Shown here: in pieces, positions 60,333-64,000 of the stretch
Position numbering within the stretch: the first letter of the stretch is position 1
Layout of the letters: each line of letters begins with the position of its first letter
Made by a program: the position numbers and the translations under genes
The notes under the pieces: model-generated
Seen by the model: only the letters and a program-made list of their open reading frames with translations
Database searches by the model: none
Told to the model about the DNA's origin: nothing
Source of the DNA: an uncultured Chromatiales bacterium
GTDB taxonomy: Bacteria; Pseudomonadota; Gammaproteobacteria; DATFLL01
Length of the DNA stretch: 64,000 nucleotides
Assembly: GCA_964561765.1 (NCBI GenBank)
Contig: CAZLQI010000009.1
Coordinates: 37,266-101,265, forward strand
Reading direction: 5' to 3'

Positions 60333-61433
60333 ATGAGCGATACGGCCGTGCAGGAGCCGGTTCGGCCGGTGGGCTACTGGCATCGCCTCGACGACGGTCG
60401 TATCCAGTGCGATCTGTGTCCGCGTTTCTGCAAGTTGCGCGATGGCCAGCGTGGTCTGTGTTTTGTACGTGCCCGTCAGGGTGACACCTTGGTGTCGACC
60501 ACCTACGGGCGCTCCAGCGGGTTTTGCATTGATCCGATTGAGAAAAAGCCGCTCAATCATTTTCTTCCGGGCACCTCGGTGCTGTCTTTCGGTACCGCCG
60601 GTTGCAACCTCGCCTGTGCGTTTTGTCAGAACTGGGATATCAGTAAATCACGCGAGTTCGATACGCTGAGCGATACGGCCTCGCCCGAGGCGATTGCGTG
60701 TGCGGGCGCTGCGCAAGGCTGTGCCAGCGTGGCGTTTACCTACAATGATCCGGTGATTTTTCATGAATACGCCATCGATGTGGCCCGGGCCTGTCATGCA
60801 CGCGACATCCGCACCGTGGCGGTCACGGCCGGTTATGTGAGTGCCGCGCCACGCGCGGAATTCTATCGCCACATGGATGCGGTGAATGTGGACCTCAAGG
60901 CGTTTACCGAGCGCTTCTACCACACGCTGACCGGTGGTCACCTGCAACCGGTACTGGAGACCCTCGAATACATCCGCCACGAGACTGACGTCTGGCTGGA
61001 GGTGACGACACTGCTGATCCCCGGTGAGAATGACAGCGACGAGGAACTCCGCACGCTCGCACGGTGGATAGGCGAACATCTGGGCGTGGACGTGCCGCTG
61101 CATTTCAGCGCCTTTCACCCGGACTGGAAGATGCTGAACCTGCCGCCGACACTGCCGGCGACGCTGCGCCGCGCGCGCCATCTCGCCATGGAACAGGGTT
61201 TGCATTATGTCTATACCGGCAACGTGCATGATCCGCAAGGCGAGAGCACTTTCTGCCCCGCGTGCGGTAGCAAAGTGATCGGCCGGGACGGCTACACCCT
61301 GACGGCCTGGCACCTCACCGACGAGGGTCATTGTCGTGCTTGTGGTACACCCTGTGCCGGTGTGTTCGCCGCTCCTCCTAGACAGAGGGGAGCGCGTCGA
61401 AGACCCGTGCGCCTTAGGGATTTTACCACTTGA
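60333..61433 (+). CDS. amrS: AmmeMemoRadiSam system radical SAM enzyme
   Basis: 'CDLCPRFC', 'DPIEKKPL.HF', CxxxCxxC 'CNLACAFCQNWDIS'. Confidence 0.96.
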   Translation: MSDTAVQEPVRPVGYWHRLDDGRIQCDLCPRFCKLRDGQRGLCFVRARQGDTLVSTTYGRSSGFCIDPIEKKPLNHFLPGTSVLSFGTAGCNLACAFCQNWDISKSREFDTLSDTASPEAIACAGAAQGCASVAFTYNDPVIFHEYAIDVARACHARDIRTVAVTAGYVSAAPRAEFYRHMDAVNVDLKAFTERFYHTLTGGHLQPVLETLEYIRHETDVWLEVTTLLIPGENDSDEELRTLARWIGEHLGVDVPLHFSAFHPDWKMLNLPPTLPATLRRARHLAMEQGLHYVYTGNVHDPQGESTFCPACGSKVIGRDGYTLTAWHLTDEGHCRACGTPCAGVFAAPPRQRGARRRPVRLRDFTT

Positions 61434-61643
61434 GTGGGCCTCCCCGCTTGTACCCCGAGACCTGCAGAAACAGTCGCACCGGGCGTTAACGCTAAACGAT
61501 GCAGGGTTGTGGTACGTCGGGCCGATGTTTGCGCGGGAAATGCCAGGATTCCGGCCAATCTGGTGTATGATTTCCGCACCCGATGGCCCGGTGCCAACGG
61601 GCATCGGCCCACAGAGCAGCGAGATAAGGCAGTTGAACCGACG

Positions 61644-62210
61644 ATGAGTAAAGCGAAAGTACGTATTGGTATTGTGACCGTTTCCGATCGCGCCAGTCGT
61701 GGCGAGTATGAGGACCTGGGTGGTCCGGCCATCCATGAGTGGCTCGACAAGACCCTGGTGAGTGCCTGGGAACCCGTCCCCCGACTGGTTGCCGATGAGC
61801 AATTGCAGGTCGAGGCCGTCTTGCGTGCCCTGTGTGATGAGCAGGGGTGCTGCCTGGTGGTGACCACCGGGGGCACCGGACCGGCACCCCGCGATATCAC
61901 TCCGGAGGCGACCATGGCGGTGTGCGACAAGATTCTCGACGGTTTCGGCGAACAGATGCGCGCGGTCTCGCTGCGCCATGTGCCCACGGCCATCCTCTCT
62001 CGCCAAATCGCTGGCGTGCGGGGGCGTAGTCTGCTCATCAATCTGCCGGGCAAGCCCTCGGCCATCGCCGATTGCCTCAACGCGGTGTTCCCGGCGGTGC
62101 CCGATTGCATTGAACTGATAGGAGGCGGCAGCGGCCCGTATCTGCACACCGATCCGGAGAGGCTCAAGGCCTTTTGGCCGAAGCACGCCGAACAATCCAC
62201 TCCGGTCTGA
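61644..62210 (+). CDS. mog: Molybdopterin adenylyltransferase Mog
   Basis: '[14 protein letters not shown]', '[11 protein letters not shown]', 'VPTAILSRQ', 'NLPG'. Confidence 0.95.
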   Translation: MSKAKVRIGIVTVSDRASRGEYEDLGGPAIHEWLDKTLVSAWEPVPRLVADEQLQVEAVLRALCDEQGCCLVVTTGGTGPAPRDITPEATMAVCDKILDGFGEQMRAVSLRHVPTAILSRQIAGVRGRSLLINLPGKPSAIADCLNAVFPAVPDCIELIGGGSGPYLHTDPERLKAFWPKHAEQSTPV

Positions 62211-62269
62211 GGTGTCTGCACATGCGTGATGCGACATCGGGGCCACGATTGGGGAACCCAGGTGATACC

Positions 62270-63196
62270 GTGTCCGCCAGCGATCAGACGCTGGCGGCGT
62301 TGCATACCCTGCGTGACTTTATCCGCTGGGGCGCCAGTCTGTTCCATGCCGAGGGCCTGTGTTTCGGTCATGGCAGCGATAACGCCTTTGACGAGGCGAC
62401 CTATCTAGTCAGCCATGCCGTGCATTTGCCACCGGACTTCCCGCCGGCCTATCTGGATGCACGCCTGGTGCCCGCAGAACGTGAAGCGGTGGCGGGCCTG
62501 TTGTTGCAACGCGCGCAGACACGCTTGCCAGCGCCCTATCTGACGCACGAGGCCTGGTTTGCCGGTCTGCGTTTCTATGTGGATGAACGGGTGTTGGTCC
62601 CGCGCTCCCCGATCGCGGAGCTGATTGAACACGGTTTTGCGCCTTGGCTGGAGGCAGACGGCGTCAGTCGGGTACTGGATTTGTGCACCGGCAGCGGTTG
62701 CATTGCCATTGCCTGTGCGCAGGCCTTTCCCGAGGCCGGGGTCGATGCCGTGGACATCTCCACAGATGCGCTGGCAGTGGCCGCCATGAATATCGAACGT
62801 CACGGACTGGGTGAGCGGGTGCAGGCGATCGTCTCGGATCTGTTCACCGGGTTGCCCCTGCGCGGTTATGACCTGATTGTCAGCAATCCGCCCTATGTAG
62901 ATGCCGCAGACATGGCAGCCCTGCCTGCGGAGTACCGCCATGAGCCCGTGCTGGGGCTGGCGGCGGGCACGCAGGGGTTGGACCTGGTGATCCCTCTGCT
63001 GCGTGATGCCAGCGATTACCTCAATCCGGGCGGCATCCTGGTGGTCGAGGTTGGCCACAGCGCAGCGGCCTTGGTCGGGCGTTTCCCGCAGGTTCCGTTC
63101 CTGTGGCTGGATTTCGCCCGCGGCGGTGAGGGGGTATTCATGCTCGATGCCGGGCAGTTGTCCGGGTATCATCGCCTGTTCGCCGAGGCATCCTGA
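62270..63196 (+). CDS. prmB: 50S ribosomal protein L3 glutamine methyltransferase
   Basis: '[12 protein letters not shown]', '[17 protein letters not shown]', 'SNPPY', 'EYRHEP'; start may be ATG 62222. Confidence 0.95.
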   Translation: MSASDQTLAALHTLRDFIRWGASLFHAEGLCFGHGSDNAFDEATYLVSHAVHLPPDFPPAYLDARLVPAEREAVAGLLLQRAQTRLPAPYLTHEAWFAGLRFYVDERVLVPRSPIAELIEHGFAPWLEADGVSRVLDLCTGSGCIAIACAQAFPEAGVDAVDISTDALAVAAMNIERHGLGERVQAIVSDLFTGLPLRGYDLIVSNPPYVDAADMAALPAEYRHEPVLGLAAGTQGLDLVIPLLRDASDYLNPGGILVVEVGHSAAALVGRFPQVPFLWLDFARGGEGVFMLDAGQLSGYHRLFAEAS

Positions 63197-63289
63197 GCAG
63201 GCCCGGCATACCGATGCCACACGGACACCACAGGTTCCCTGTGAGGTCTGTATTGAATACAACGAAGACAGTGGGAGGAGAGACAGACC

Positions 63290-63625
63290 ATGCAGATACC
63301 GAAAACCCGGGTGCAGCGTCCGCACACGGCACAGGAGTACGTCGATCTGGTCGAGCAGGCGATCTTCGAACTCGAGGAACTGCGCTTGGCGATGGAATAC
63401 GACATGGAGTCCATGGGCGAGTCCGGTGGGTTCATTGACGAAATGGAACGCGCGATGCGCGCGCTGCGCCAGTCGATGGCCGACGGCAGCTACCAGTTTG
63501 ACCGCCACGATTTCCCGTTTATGGCGCTAGTGGACAAGCAAAATGACCATGTCCTGCCGTTCAAGTACCTGTTCAAGGTGATCAATGAAACGCACAAGCT
63601 GGGTCTGGACACCGATGGGGCTTGA
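63290..63625 (+). CDS. Hypothetical helical protein
   Basis: 111-aa ORF with GGAGGAG RBS and host-like codon usage. Confidence 0.8.
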   Translation: MQIPKTRVQRPHTAQEYVDLVEQAIFELEELRLAMEYDMESMGESGGFIDEMERAMRALRQSMADGSYQFDRHDFPFMALVDKQNDHVLPFKYLFKVINETHKLGLDTDGA

Positions 63626-63635
63626 TCCAGGTCAA
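63622..63635. promoter_or_regulatory. FNR/Anr box upstream of hemN
   Basis: TTGAT-CCAG-GTCAA (consensus TTGAT-N4-ATCAA, one mismatch). Confidence 0.75.
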
Positions 63636-63670
63636 CGCGGTGTACAGGTGGGGTATTTATAGTGAACACC

Positions 63671-64000
63671 ATGACAACAGACGATGATTTTCACGCCCTG
63701 GTCTTCGACCCGGAGCGACTTGAACGCTATGATGCCAGCGGTCCGCGTTATACCTCCTACCCGACGGCCGTTCAGTTCCACAGTGGTTTTACCGCCGAGG
63801 ATTACCAGGCGGCCTGCGCGCGTAGTCAAGCGCATGAAGACCTGCTACCGCTGTCGCTGTATTTTCATCTCCCGTTCTGTAACACGGTCTGTTATTACTG
63901 CGCCTGCAACAAGGTCATAACCAAGAACCGCAACCGGGCCGCCCCCTACCTGGCACGTCTGCACCGTGAGCTTGCCCTGCAGGGCGCACTGTTCGACTCA
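63671..64000 (+). CDS. hemN: Oxygen-independent coproporphyrinogen III oxidase HemN (5' part; runs off the window)
   Basis: Manual translation MTTDDDFHALVFDPERLERYDASGPRYTSYPTA...LSLYFHLPFCNTVCYYCACNK. Confidence 0.96.
   Translation, partial: MTTDDDFHALVFDPERLERYDASGPRYTSYPTAVQFHSGFTAEDYQAACARSQAHEDLLPLSLYFHLPFCNTVCYYCACNKVITKNRNRAAPYLARLHRELALQGALFDS

Overview
GC-rich gammaproteobacterial chromosome segment, Pseudomonas/Chromatiales-like in gene order (inferred, not assigned). It is dominated by a polar flagellum/chemotaxis locus in two blocks: fleR'-fliEFGHIJK (1-7.7 kb) and fliLMNOPQR-flhBAFG-fliA-cheYZAB-motCD-parA-cheW2-DUF2802 plus a convergent second fliK-like/flhB-C-terminal pair (36-57.6 kb). 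The ~28 kb between the blocks holds: a second fliA; a translationally coupled, uncharacterised multi-pass membrane protein + VWA lipoprotein pair; a divergent WaaA-like glycosyltransferase; DUF1249; a Sel1-SPOR protein; a small decayed islet (three-fold-repeat membrane protein, group II intron RT remnant, methyltransferase/LysR, frameshifted pseudogene); tadA; uup; a stand-alone AurF-like diiron enzyme; tRNA-Ser(GGA); nfeD/slipin; an AF1514-like protein; ffs-dnaX-ybaB-recR; HDOD-GAF; motAB; rsgA; an M48 protease with a C-terminal frameshift; and orn. The window ends with a GYF_2-like/pentapeptide protein, the AmmeMemoRadiSam trio, mog, prmB, a hypothetical gene and the 5' part of hemN behind an FNR box. 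The best candidates for undescribed biology are the membrane/VWA pair next to the extra sigma-28, the second FliK/FlhB-C pair with a tiny ORF bearing a FliK-like C-terminus, and the three-fold Glu-hairpin membrane protein. All calls come from motif recognition by eye; no searches were run.
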